This document shows, in pieces, positions 1 to 8,769 of a DNA stretch of 64,000 nt. The notes beneath the pieces were generated by a model. It made no database searches, was not told where the DNA came from, and was given only the letters and a program-made list of their open reading frames with translations. Source of the DNA: Pirellulaceae bacterium (GTDB taxonomy: Bacteria > Planctomycetota > Planctomycetia > Pirellulales > Pirellulaceae); contig DASYHJ010000003.1 in the NCBI GenBank assembly GCA_035998725.1, positions 53,087 to 117,086 on the forward strand. The letters run 5' to 3'. The translations under genes and the position numbers were made by a program. Within the stretch, counting starts at the first letter, position 1. Each line of letters opens with the position of its first letter.

Positions 1-37
1 GCCGGCGGAGTAGGAAGCGCCTTGCTGGACACGAGTC

Positions 38-187
38 TGCACTGGGCGGGGCGTCTGCGCGCTGGGCGAGGCTCCCCACGCGCTGGGCGAGGCTCTCCAC
101 GCGCTGGGCGAGGGCCTCCTGACCCCGCCCCTGCTCGGGATTCACGCGCGCTGGGCGCGGGTCTCCTGACCCTGCCCTTGCCCGGGA
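38..187. repeat. Family-B tandem hairpin array (4 units) 3' of the WD40 gene
   Basis: GCGCTGGGCGAGG[C/G]TC[C/T]CC... repeated. The last two units are full hairpins GGGCG(C)GGGTCTCCTGACCCYGCCCYT. The track ORF 22-417 is just this repeat translated. Confidence 0.8.
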
Positions 188-199
188 GCAGGTCCGCGG

Positions 200-1207
200 T
201 CAGGCGGTCTTCCGCTTCCAGTATTCCACCCGCTCATGCGCGGCAAGGAAGAACGCTTCCTGCCCGCTGGCGAACTCCGCGTCATGGACGAGGCCGCCAA
301 CTTCCTCTTCGCGCAGACGCTCGCCTGACTCCGGATTCCAGAACGTCAGGAATCCGTTTCCGGGACCGCCCGCGGCGAAGAGCCAGGAAGCGTCATCGGC
401 CCAGACGAGCCGCGTGACGACGCCGTCCTTCTCGCCTTGAATCTCCCGCAGCCGGGATCCGCCGGCGACGTCGAAGATCTCGATCCGGGCTTTCCCGGCA
501 AGGTTGTCGACGTTCTCGATCTTGCCGATGCCGCCGACCGCGAGCTTGCCGCCGTCGGGCGAGAATGCCAGGGAACGGATGCCGCCGATAGAGTGGACGC
601 GGGCCTTGGGGTCCCACGTGTACATCCCGGGCGCCTCGAACTCCCCGACCTGCGAGAAGGAGTCGGCGTCCCACAGCGCCACATGGCCGACCTTGTCCGC
701 CGTCGCGATTCGCTTGCCGTCCTCAGAGACCGCTGCCGCGAAGAGCATCGACGGGTAGTGCGTCGGCGTCAGGGGTGCGTGGTCTGTGAACGTCGCGAGC
801 TTCTCCCCCGACGCGACGTCCCACACGGCGGCCTGCATGTCGTCCGCCACCGTCACGACGCGCGACCCGTCAGGGAAGGCGACGACGCCGCGGATCCAGT
901 TCGCATGGGCGCCCTCGATGGCCCGAAGCTGCTTGCCGTCCTTCGCGTCCCACACGATCAGGCGCTTGTCGTAGCCGACGCTGACGAGCGATTCGCCCGC
1001 GCGAGCGAGTCCCGTCACGTAGCTCGAATGGCCGGCGCCCTCCAGAGCGACGCGTTCCGCCTTCTCGTCGTTCAGGTCGAAGCGGTAAACCTTTCCGTCG
1101 GAGGCGCCGGCGAATCCCGCCGCGCCGTCGGAGGAGAGAGCAGCGCAGAAGAACATCTCCTTCGCGTGCTTCTCGAACGACCGTTCGTATCGTTTCGGAT
1201 CGGACAT
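200..1207 (-). CDS. WD40 / beta-propeller repeat protein
   Basis: 335-aa ORF with repeated 'VGYD/VWD/LWD' WD-like blades. Followed 3' (lower coordinates) by a GC-rich hairpin array. The overlapping + strand ORFs are GC artefacts. Confidence 0.65.
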   Translation of the reverse strand: MSDPKRYERSFEKHAKEMFFCAALSSDGAAGFAGASDGKVYRFDLNDEKAERVALEGAGHSSYVTGLARAGESLVSVGYDKRLIVWDAKDGKQLRAIEGAHANWIRGVVAFPDGSRVVTVADDMQAAVWDVASGEKLATFTDHAPLTPTHYPSMLFAAAVSEDGKRIATADKVGHVALWDADSFSQVGEFEAPGMYTWDPKARVHSIGGIRSLAFSPDGGKLAVGGIGKIENVDNLAGKARIEIFDVAGGSRLREIQGEKDGVVTRLVWADDASWLFAAGGPGNGFLTFWNPESGERLREEEVGGLVHDAEFASGQEAFFLAAHERVEYWKRKTA

Positions 1208-1222
1208 GCGCGGTCCCTCGGC

Positions 1223-2527
1223 TTACGCCAGAACGTCCTGGATCGCCTTCGCGCCGAAGTCGGCGATCGGGATGGGCCGGCTGCCGAGCATGTATTCCTT
1301 ATGCTCGTCGATGCCGAGGGCGGCGAAGATCGTGGCGAACAGGTCGCCCGGTTTGACTTCGCCTTCTGTGACTTCCGTGCCGTCCTCGCTGGTCTTGCCG
1401 TACACGCTTCCGCCGAGGACGCCGGCGCCCGACAGCGTGCAGCTCCAGGCGCTCGCGAAGTGGTCGCGCCCCAGGCTGCCGTTGATCTGCGGCGTGCGTC
1501 CGAACTCGCTGAGCGTCACGACGAGCGTATCGTCGAGCAGCCCGCGCTGTTCGAGGTCGGTCAGCAGGGCCCACATCACCTGGTCGAGATCGGCGCAGAG
1601 TTCGCGATGCGTCTCGAAGTTCTGACCGTGGCTATCCCACCAGCCGCGAGCGACCTTGACGAAAGGAACCCCCGCCTCGACCAGGCGCCGCGCGACGAGC
1701 GTCTGCTCGCCGAACTGCGTCGGGCCGTACAGGTCTCGCATCGCCTGCCGCTCTTCATTGACGTCGAACAGCGTATCGCTCGCCATCAACCCGCGGACGC
1801 GCTCGTACGCGGCGCCGTGACTGGCGACTCCGGCGCTGGAAACGCGTCGCGCGAAGCCTTCGGAGAGGAAGCTGCGAAGCGCCGCGCGGTCCTGATGATC
1901 GATGTCGGAAATGGTCTCCAGCCGCGCGAGGTTCCGCGGCATCGGGTCGTCTGTCAGGAACATCGGGTTGAAGCGTGCGCCCAGGAAACCGGCGCTTGTC
2001 TTCATCCGGCCTTCGGTAGCCGTATACATGGAGACGAAGTCGGGCACCTGGCTATCCGCCCGGGCCAGTTCCGCCGCGACGATCGAGCCGAGATCGGGAT
2101 ATTCGACGCCCGGTTCCGGCCGCCGGCCGATCGTCATTAGTTCGGCGCCCTGACCGTGATCGGCGATCTGGGTGTTCATGGAGCGGATGATCGCCGTGCG
2201 ATCGAGCTTGCCCGCCATCTTCGGAAGGAGCTCGCTGATCTGCACGCCCGGGATCGACGTGGGGATCCCCGCGTAGGGACCGCCCGTCGCCTGACCCGGC
2301 TTCGGATCCCACGTTTCGAACTGACTCGCTCCGCCGGCCAGCCAGAGCAGGATGACCCGCTTGCCGCGGCGCTTCAGCTCTTCGGCCATCGCCTTCTGCC
2401 GGAGCACGTTCAGCCCGGTCATATCGGCGGCCGCGCCCGCGGCGGCGACCGCGCCGAGCGTTCCCAGAAAGCGTCGGCGGGACAGCCCCAGGCCGGACAG
2501 CGGTCGCGAAGGATTCGCGTGGTTCAT
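1223..2527 (-). CDS. DUF1501 domain protein (sulfatase-like, Tat signal 'SRRRFLGTLGAVAAAGAA')
   Basis: The ORF was trimmed to the internal ATG at 2525-2527 (MNHANPSRPLSGLGLSRRRFLG...). Twin-arginine motif is present. Typical DUF1501 partner placed downstream of a DUF1549/DUF1553 gene. Confidence 0.8.
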   Translation of the reverse strand: MNHANPSRPLSGLGLSRRRFLGTLGAVAAAGAAADMTGLNVLRQKAMAEELKRRGKRVILLWLAGGASQFETWDPKPGQATGGPYAGIPTSIPGVQISELLPKMAGKLDRTAIIRSMNTQIADHGQGAELMTIGRRPEPGVEYPDLGSIVAAELARADSQVPDFVSMYTATEGRMKTSAGFLGARFNPMFLTDDPMPRNLARLETISDIDHQDRAALRSFLSEGFARRVSSAGVASHGAAYERVRGLMASDTLFDVNEERQAMRDLYGPTQFGEQTLVARRLVEAGVPFVKVARGWWDSHGQNFETHRELCADLDQVMWALLTDLEQRGLLDDTLVVTLSEFGRTPQINGSLGRDHFASAWSCTLSGAGVLGGSVYGKTSEDGTEVTEGEVKPGDLFATIFAALGIDEHKEYMLGSRPIPIADFGAKAIQDVLA

Positions 2528-2672
2528 CAGACATCCCTCCTGATCTGGATCGTCTTCCGGCGATGCGACGGCATCCGTCAGCCGAAAGGGCGTGAGGGGC
2601 GGCCGTCGGCGCTCGCCGAAGCGTCCCTCCTGTGAGCAGACGCGCAGTTGCGCGTCTGGCTTTTTGATGATC

Positions 2673-4373
2673 TCAATGGTTGAAACGGAACTCCGCGGTC
2701 GCGAGGAGCGCCCACGCCAGTTGACGCATGGCGTCGTCCCGCCGGTCGCTGCGGTCGGCGAGAAAGGCGGCTGCCGTCTCGCGTTCTTCGAGCGCCGGCC
2801 ATCGCGACAGGATCGCGAGGAACGCCTGCTCCACCGCTGCACGGTCGTCCGGAATCTGCTTCAGGCTGCCCAACAGACGGGCAGAATCGTCACGCAGCAG
2901 ATCCTGCTCGATCCGCGACCCGTTGCTGAACAGCAGCGACTCATCGACGCCGACCTGGAAGGCGGCATCCGGAATCGCGAACTGTTCCGACAGTTCCGTC
3001 GCGGCGTCGTCCATCGACCGGCGATCGTGCTCCCACGAGGGAGGCAGCGACATGCCGGGCAAGCGATCGGGCGCCATGGTCGCGACGTCGAGCGACGTCG
3101 CCATCTGTCGCGGCGTCAGCGCTCGCACGACGCCCACGGCGAAGAGTTCCGGCGCGGGCGGCTCCGTCCCCTCCGGAACCTCGCACGAGCGCGCATAGGG
3201 CTGCGAAAGCACGATGCCGCGGATCAGCGACTTCAAGTTGTAGCCGGAGGCGATGAACGTCGCCGTCAGGCCTTCCAATAGTTCCGGGTGCGACGGCGGG
3301 TTGTACGAGTGGAACTGATCCAGCGGTTCGACGATGCCACGACCGATCAGCCGCGCCCACGTGCGGTTGACGATGTTGCGGGCGAGCATCGGCTCGTCCG
3401 CGTCGGCCAGCGCAAGATCGACCAGCGCGGCCCGAGGGCTGAACTCCGGCGTCGGAGCGATGGCGCCGCTTTCGTGCTCCGCCTTTCGGATCGCCTCCGC
3501 GATTTGCTTCTTCTCTTCGTCGGACAGCGTCAGTTCCGGCTCGGCGGCTTCGGCGCCGGTGAGGAACATGAACTGCCCGACCTTCTCTTCGCCGTAGGTC
3601 GTCGTGAACTTCGGCATCCCTTCGAAGCGCTCGGCGACGCCGCCCTCGCTGGTGCGATAGGTCCGGCTGAAGAACGACGACAGGCCGTAGTAGTGGTCCT
3701 GCTGCCAGTCGAGGACCAGCGGATGGTCGTGGCACTTCGCGCAGGAGATGTTCACGCCGAACATCGTCGCGCTGACGTCGCTGGTCAGTTTGTCGATGTC
3801 CGCCGTTCGCTCCCGCAGGAAGGCCGCGGGCCCCTTTTGGCCCGGCCGGTTCTTCTCAGGCACGAGGATGTCGCGAACGATCTTGTCCCAGGAGCGATTC
3901 TCCGCGGTCGCCTCCAGAAGATAGTTGCGCCAGTCGTCGTCGCGGCGGACCTTCGCCAGCAGCAACAGGTCGAGCTCGTTCCGCAGATGGACCGCGTAGT
4001 CGGGCATCTGCAGCAGCCGATCGACGTAGGTCTCTCGGCGATGGGTCGTTTCGGAGGCGAGAAACTCTTCCGTCTCGCGAGCCGTGGGAATACGTCCGGC
4101 CAAGTCGAGCGTGACCCGGCGCACGAAGGCGACGTCATCGATCGTCGGCGCCGGCGTGACCTGCGCTTCGCCCAGCTTGGCCGCGATCTCGCGGTCGATA
4201 AGCTGCGCGACGGTAAGGTCGTCGAGCGACGCTTCTTCTGCGTGGAGCGCTGCCGCGGCTCCCGTCAGGAGGGCGAAGATCGCGGTCGCCACGAAGGCGA
4301 CGGAACGCGAACGAGTCGCACCGAAAAAGGACACGTTCGCGAATCCGTGCGAGGTTCCAGGCAGCTTCATCAT
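2673..4373 (-). CDS. DUF1549/DUF1553 (PSD1-like) protein
   Basis: 566 aa with a signal peptide and a 'CAKCHDHP' heme-like motif, then a long C-terminal DUF1553-like region. Sits upstream of and co-oriented with the DUF1501 gene, a canonical planctomycete pair. Confidence 0.8.
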   Translation of the reverse strand: MMKLPGTSHGFANVSFFGATRSRSVAFVATAIFALLTGAAAALHAEEASLDDLTVAQLIDREIAAKLGEAQVTPAPTIDDVAFVRRVTLDLAGRIPTARETEEFLASETTHRRETYVDRLLQMPDYAVHLRNELDLLLLAKVRRDDDWRNYLLEATAENRSWDKIVRDILVPEKNRPGQKGPAAFLRERTADIDKLTSDVSATMFGVNISCAKCHDHPLVLDWQQDHYYGLSSFFSRTYRTSEGGVAERFEGMPKFTTTYGEEKVGQFMFLTGAEAAEPELTLSDEEKKQIAEAIRKAEHESGAIAPTPEFSPRAALVDLALADADEPMLARNIVNRTWARLIGRGIVEPLDQFHSYNPPSHPELLEGLTATFIASGYNLKSLIRGIVLSQPYARSCEVPEGTEPPAPELFAVGVVRALTPRQMATSLDVATMAPDRLPGMSLPPSWEHDRRSMDDAATELSEQFAIPDAAFQVGVDESLLFSNGSRIEQDLLRDDSARLLGSLKQIPDDRAAVEQAFLAILSRWPALEERETAAAFLADRSDRRDDAMRQLAWALLATAEFRFNH

Positions 4374-4637
4374 GAGCGGCCTCAGCTAGTGGGAGGGTGT
4401 TTGCGCGACTGGGCAAAACAGTCTGCAGCCGCGCCGGCGGGAAGGGCACCCTTATACCAGGCTTAATGGATAATGGTGTCCCGCCGAGTAATTGTCCAGA
4501 TTCGGCTGCGCGGGTCAACCTTGAAAATGGCCGCAGGCGTGTACGGGCGAGCGCCAGCAGGGCGCAAGAAAGCGCTTGGAGAAGCGGTTTGACGCCTGTC
4601 CGGGCTGTGCTGAGGAGGACTATGCGTGGCGGTGCGG

Positions 4638-4657
4638 CGGGGCGAGATCTCCGCCCC
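4638..4657 (-). terminator. GC hairpin 3' of the GGDEF gene (weak, no U-tract)
   Basis: Near-perfect palindrome GGGGCGAGA|TCTCCGCCCC, 10 nt beyond the stop at 4667. Confidence 0.25.
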
Positions 4658-4666
4658 TGCCGACGA

Positions 4667-6088
4667 TCAGGTCGTTTCCGCGACCAGGTCAGCGGAGAGC
4701 TCCGCGTGATCGAGCGCTTCGCGACAGTTCGCGAAGATCGATTCCACCTCCAGCGCCGTGTCCAGTTCCGCAGCCGCGAACGAAGCGGTGATGCGGAGCG
4801 GCACCCCGTCAACGCTGGCGAAGGGTCGAGCGAGTTCGCCGCGAATTCGGGCGACGACGGAATCGGCGTCGCCGGCCGTCGCTTCGGGAAGCAGCGCGGC
4901 GAACATGTCTCTTCCGTAGCGAGCGATGTGATCGGTATCGCGAACCGAGATGCGCAGCGCCTGGCTCACGAACAGCAGCGCCTGTTCCGCCGCGCGGAAG
5001 CCTCGCTTCGCGATCATCTCGTCGTAGCCGTCGATTCGCAGCAGCGTCAGCGTCGCCTGTCCTGGCGTGCGTCGGAGCTGAGCGAGCCGACGCTTCACGT
5101 CGGCGGTGAACGAGGCACGATTCGACAGGCCGGTCACGGGATCCAGACCCGCCACCTCCGCGGTCGAAGTCCGCTGCGCCCGTCGATCGAAGATGGGGGC
5201 GCCCCCGTCTTCGCGTTCGCTCCCGGCATCGGCGAGAGGCAGCATGCCGTCGCCGCGACGCCAGATACCGATGTTTCGACCTCGAGCCTTCGCGTCGTAG
5301 AGCCCCTCGTCGACGCGGCGAATCCATGAAGCGAGGTCTTCTCCGGGCAGCGCCTCCGCCAGGCCGGCGCTCGCCGTCACGCGCAGTCGCTTGTCGTCGA
5401 TCGCGGTCGAAGTCTCGCCGACGCGGGCGCGAATCGCCTCGGCGACGTCGCGCGACTCGGAGGCTGTTCGGTTCGGAAGCACGATCGCGAACTCCTCGCC
5501 GCCGTACCGAGCGACGAAGGCATCCTTCGGCGCGGCATCGGTCAGCGCCTTGGCGACGGCGCGGAGGACGGCGTCGCCCGCGAGGTGGCCATGGGCGTCG
5601 TTGACTCGCTTGAAGTGATCGACGTCCAACAGCACCAGGGAGGTCGGTTCGCTCCGCTCGTTCGCCGCGTCGAGCCGTTCGTCGAGGTAGTCATCCAGCG
5701 CGCCGCGGTTCCGCAGCAGCGTCAACGCATCGGTACGCGCCGCGATGGCTTGCTCGCGCATCATCCGGGCCTGCTCCTCAAGCCTCGCTTCTGCCTCGCG
5801 AAGTTTGCGACGCATGCAGTCGCTGGCTTCGACGATCTGTCGCACGCAGGCCGCGACGTCCGATTCGTCAGGGGCGGGAAGCGCTTCCAGATCCTCCGTC
5901 AGGATTCGCACCTGCGTTTCGTGCTCCTGCACGTCGCGAGACAGTTTCGTCGCGATCTCGTGCAGGACCGCGAGCGATTCGCGATCGAGGTTCGGTTGCG
6001 CGCCGGAACGGGGGAGCAGGCGTCCGCACAGGACGCCGCCGGCGAATAGGGCCGCAGCGGCGAGAAGCGATAGGATCAGGATCGACAT
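4667..6088 (-). CDS. Tandem GGDEF diguanylate cyclase (membrane anchor + coiled coil; first GGDEF degenerate, second intact)
   Basis: Motifs 'RYGRDMFAALLP' (degenerate) and 'RYGGEEFAIVLP' (canonical GGEEF). N-terminal TM helix MSILILSLLAAAALFAGGVL. Confidence 0.8.
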   Translation of the reverse strand: MSILILSLLAAAALFAGGVLCGRLLPRSGAQPNLDRESLAVLHEIATKLSRDVQEHETQVRILTEDLEALPAPDESDVAACVRQIVEASDCMRRKLREAEARLEEQARMMREQAIAARTDALTLLRNRGALDDYLDERLDAANERSEPTSLVLLDVDHFKRVNDAHGHLAGDAVLRAVAKALTDAAPKDAFVARYGGEEFAIVLPNRTASESRDVAEAIRARVGETSTAIDDKRLRVTASAGLAEALPGEDLASWIRRVDEGLYDAKARGRNIGIWRRGDGMLPLADAGSEREDGGAPIFDRRAQRTSTAEVAGLDPVTGLSNRASFTADVKRRLAQLRRTPGQATLTLLRIDGYDEMIAKRGFRAAEQALLFVSQALRISVRDTDHIARYGRDMFAALLPEATAGDADSVVARIRGELARPFASVDGVPLRITASFAAAELDTALEVESIFANCREALDHAELSADLVAETT

Positions 6089-6288
6089 GGCGAGGCAACC
6101 GAGGGGGCAGACGACGGTTTGCCGAAACTTAGTTCGCCGTTAGCGGCCGCCCCGGCAATTGCGCAGAATTAAGGCGCTTTAAGCGCCCGTCGCGACCCAA
6201 GTAGAAGGACAACGGCTCGCCTCCTTTCGAACCGCCCGCATGACCCTCACCGCCTGACTTTTCCGACCTGCTCGGAAGGCGGCGACGG

Positions 6289-7317
6289 CTACCGCAGGCG
6301 AACCAACTCGTCCTTCGCCAGCCAGTAGATCTCGCCCGCCTCGACCAGCTCCGGCGGAAGGGCGTTGCGAAACGACGTCTGCTTCACCTGTTCGGGCGAC
6401 GCGAGCAGCGTCGCACGCCAGTCCGCCGGCAGCCGGGGTTCCGTCAGATCGAGCGCGTTCCCGATCCGATGCAGCAGATCGGGCCGAACCTTCGCCGCCA
6501 CGTGACGGTCGGCGTCGTTCATCTTGCTGCGAAGCTCGGCGTCGGCATCGGCGAATTGCAGGGCCGCGCGCCAGGCTTTCTGATCCCCCTCCAGGTAGAG
6601 CGCCACCTGAAAGCGTCCGCTCCCTGCCGAGAACGGCGCGGGTTCCTTCTCGAACGGCGCGGCAGGAAAGCCGCTGCTCTCCCGCAACGCCCTTGCCTCG
6701 CAGGCGACGTACAGGACATCGCCTCGCCAGCTCTTCGGCACGCGGACGATCGCCGACAGTTCATGCGATCCCTGAACGGTCGTCGCCGCCGTAGGACGGA
6801 GCTTGAAGTAGACGCCCTGGCCCCGGCGGAGGGTCCCCGCGGCGGTGACGATTTCCTTCGCCGGGATCTCCTGGTACTTCACCGTCTTCGCGTTTTTCTG
6901 CGCCGCCTCGGCGGACCCCGTCGCCTTCACGTTCGCTTCGGCGCCGCTGACGGTCAGTCCGGCTCCCCGCGACGACTCCGCGATCTGCTGAACCTCGACC
7001 GAGCCTGTATAGCGATCCGTCAGAGCCGTCTTCGGCGAGTAGTCGACGATCTGCGCGTGAGGCGTTTCCAGGTGCAACTCCGCCTGGATCTCCGTCAACT
7101 CGCTTTCGTTCCCGGTCAGAAAGACTGACAGCGGAAACCGCACCTCGATCCACCGCTCGTTCGGATTGGCGGCGGCGAACTCCTCCGGCGTTACGTCACG
7201 GCTGCTCGCCAGCGGCGGAAGGTCGAACGAAACCCGCGGCGGCGCTGCGACAGCGACCGCGGCGACAGCGCCAGAAAGCCCCAGAACCAGCGAAACCATC
7301 GCTCCCTGCCGACGCAT
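6289..7317 (-). CDS. hypothetical secreted protein
   Basis: Start set at the ATG giving MRRQGAMVSLVLGLSGAVAAVAVAAPP, a signal peptide. No recognisable domain. Confidence 0.45.
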   Translation of the reverse strand: MRRQGAMVSLVLGLSGAVAAVAVAAPPRVSFDLPPLASSRDVTPEEFAAANPNERWIEVRFPLSVFLTGNESELTEIQAELHLETPHAQIVDYSPKTALTDRYTGSVEVQQIAESSRGAGLTVSGAEANVKATGSAEAAQKNAKTVKYQEIPAKEIVTAAGTLRRGQGVYFKLRPTAATTVQGSHELSAIVRVPKSWRGDVLYVACEARALRESSGFPAAPFEKEPAPFSAGSGRFQVALYLEGDQKAWRAALQFADADAELRSKMNDADRHVAAKVRPDLLHRIGNALDLTEPRLPADWRATLLASPEQVKQTSFRNALPPELVEAGEIYWLAKDELVRLR

Positions 7318-7431
7318 CTTTCCGTCCTCCGTGTCGAAAGCCCTCGCGGTTCCCCGCGACGACTTCTGTACGAAGCGCCCGACCGGAACGTTCGGAAAGG
7401 TCGTCAAGCAGTTGTTCACGGCGACGAGGCC

Positions 7432-8487
7432 TCAGAATGTGGCCGCGTCGAAGAAGTTCGCCGGACGCTGGCCTTCGGCGCCATGTGTTTTCTCTACGAG
7501 AATCTGGTCGATCGGGCGGTCGTCGCCGTGCCTCGTCCAGCGTGCACCGGCGTGCAGCACGACCAGATCGTCGCGGCGGTAACGCGAGCGCTCCAGCGCC
7601 ATCCACGCCCGAACGCCGGGCGTAGAGTTCGACAGATCGAGCAGCCGCAGGTTCGTCAGACCGGGCCATTCCGCCAGACGCACGAGGGCGCTGTCGGAGA
7701 CGTCGGCGAAGGGGAAGCCCAGGCAGCGCAGGTCGGTCGGAAGCCAGTTCTCCAGCATTCCCGCGGATCCGTACAGCGGAACGAAGTTCGATGCGACGAT
7801 CAGCGACTGCAGCGAAGTTCGGCTCAGAAACCTGAACAGCGGCGCCCACTGATTCGACTCCGGGCCGTCGACGGCCAGCGCCGTCAGACCGGGAGCGAGC
7901 TCCGCGAAGCGCTCCGCCCGTTCGAGCTCGCGGAAGGGAGCGAAATCGGACTCCGGATCCGCCACGTGATGCGGAAGCACGAGCCGGTCGATCCCGCGCC
8001 ATGTCGCCTCTTCGTGTTCAAGCAGATCGAGTCCGCCCATCGACAACGGCATCTCCCCGGCCAGCACGCCGCGCAGCGGAATCGTCCGCCGAACCGCTTC
8101 GCTTTCCTCAAGCAGCTTTCGAGAGCTGATGCCGACGTTCTCGATGAAGCCGCCGGCGTAGCGATGGCGGCCGGTCGCCCGCCGCAGCGGTCCCGGCAGT
8201 TGACCGTGCGTCGGAAGCGCGGCCCGGCGGATGCGATTCATCGCCTCGCCCAGTTCCGGTCGCTCGCTGGCGTAGGGGAGAACGGCTCGCCAACTCGCGA
8301 AGGCGAATCCCCACCCCAGCCGACGGATCGCCTGCTCGATCAGGATCGAGTCTCGCAGGAACTCTGCGCGGGAGTCGCCCTGGTCGTCGAGCCAGTCGGC
8401 GAAGATGAGCCGCGGCTCCAGGTCCGCCGGCGCGGCGCAGACGGCTTCCACGAACGGACGCTCTTCGGCAGTCGGATCCTCGAACAT
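7432..8487 (-). CDS. TIGR02996 repeat-companion domain protein with C-terminal leucine-rich repeats
   Basis: N-terminal 'EPRLIFADWLDDQGDSRAEFLRDSILIE' matches the TIGR02996 signature. LRR-like LxxLxLxxN segments follow downstream. Confidence 0.7.
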   Translation of the reverse strand: MFEDPTAEERPFVEAVCAAPADLEPRLIFADWLDDQGDSRAEFLRDSILIEQAIRRLGWGFAFASWRAVLPYASERPELGEAMNRIRRAALPTHGQLPGPLRRATGRHRYAGGFIENVGISSRKLLEESEAVRRTIPLRGVLAGEMPLSMGGLDLLEHEEATWRGIDRLVLPHHVADPESDFAPFRELERAERFAELAPGLTALAVDGPESNQWAPLFRFLSRTSLQSLIVASNFVPLYGSAGMLENWLPTDLRCLGFPFADVSDSALVRLAEWPGLTNLRLLDLSNSTPGVRAWMALERSRYRRDDLVVLHAGARWTRHGDDRPIDQILVEKTHGAEGQRPANFFDAATF

Positions 8488-8531
8488 CGCCTTGCCACCG
8501 CAGTTTCATGGGGATGCAGCGGCTTCATTCT

Positions 8532-8736
8532 GTGTGCCAGTGCTGGCTTGCACAGCAGTGCAGCGCCCCGGGAGCGACTTCGCCAGTCCAGACCGTTCGT
8601 CACGACGTCTCGCAATCGTCGAGCGCGTCTTTCGTTGAATGCTCGGACTTCAGTGCCCTGCACTGCTGGGCAAGCCAGCAATGGCACAGCAGCGAGGTCC
8701 GGGCCGCACGGCTGGACAAGCCATTCCATGGCACAC
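8532..8736. repeat. Family-A inverted-repeat element (three arms: 8532-8564, 8658-8689, 8707-8736)
   Basis: Arms GTGTGCCAGTGCTGGCTTGCACAGCAGTGCAG and its reverse complement, plus a third half-site of the CCATGGCTGGCTTGTCCAGCCGTG variant. Intergenic, 3' of treZ. Confidence 0.8.
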
Positions 8737-8769
8737 GAACGTGCCGATGTTCTATGGTCCGTCTGGGAC

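Noticed and set aside
22-417. 131-aa ORF 'AGRGSPRAGRGSPRAGRG...'
   Set aside because: It is merely the translation of the Family-B tandem hairpin repeat.
437-2140. 567-aa + strand ORF overlapping the WD40 and DUF1501 genes. Similar long ORFs occur at 3288-4466, 9814-11190, 16345-17589, 19170-20624, 22152-23726, 36439-38064, 39597-41060, 42003-44072, 45567-47321, 49790-51925, 52006-53514 and 53228-54949.
   Set aside because: All are antisense to, or frame-shifted from, genes with strong homology-based identity. They have Arg/Ala/Gly/Pro-rich low-complexity translations typical of non-coding frames in 68-70% GC DNA. The ORF track also counts TTG/GTG as starts, which inflates these.
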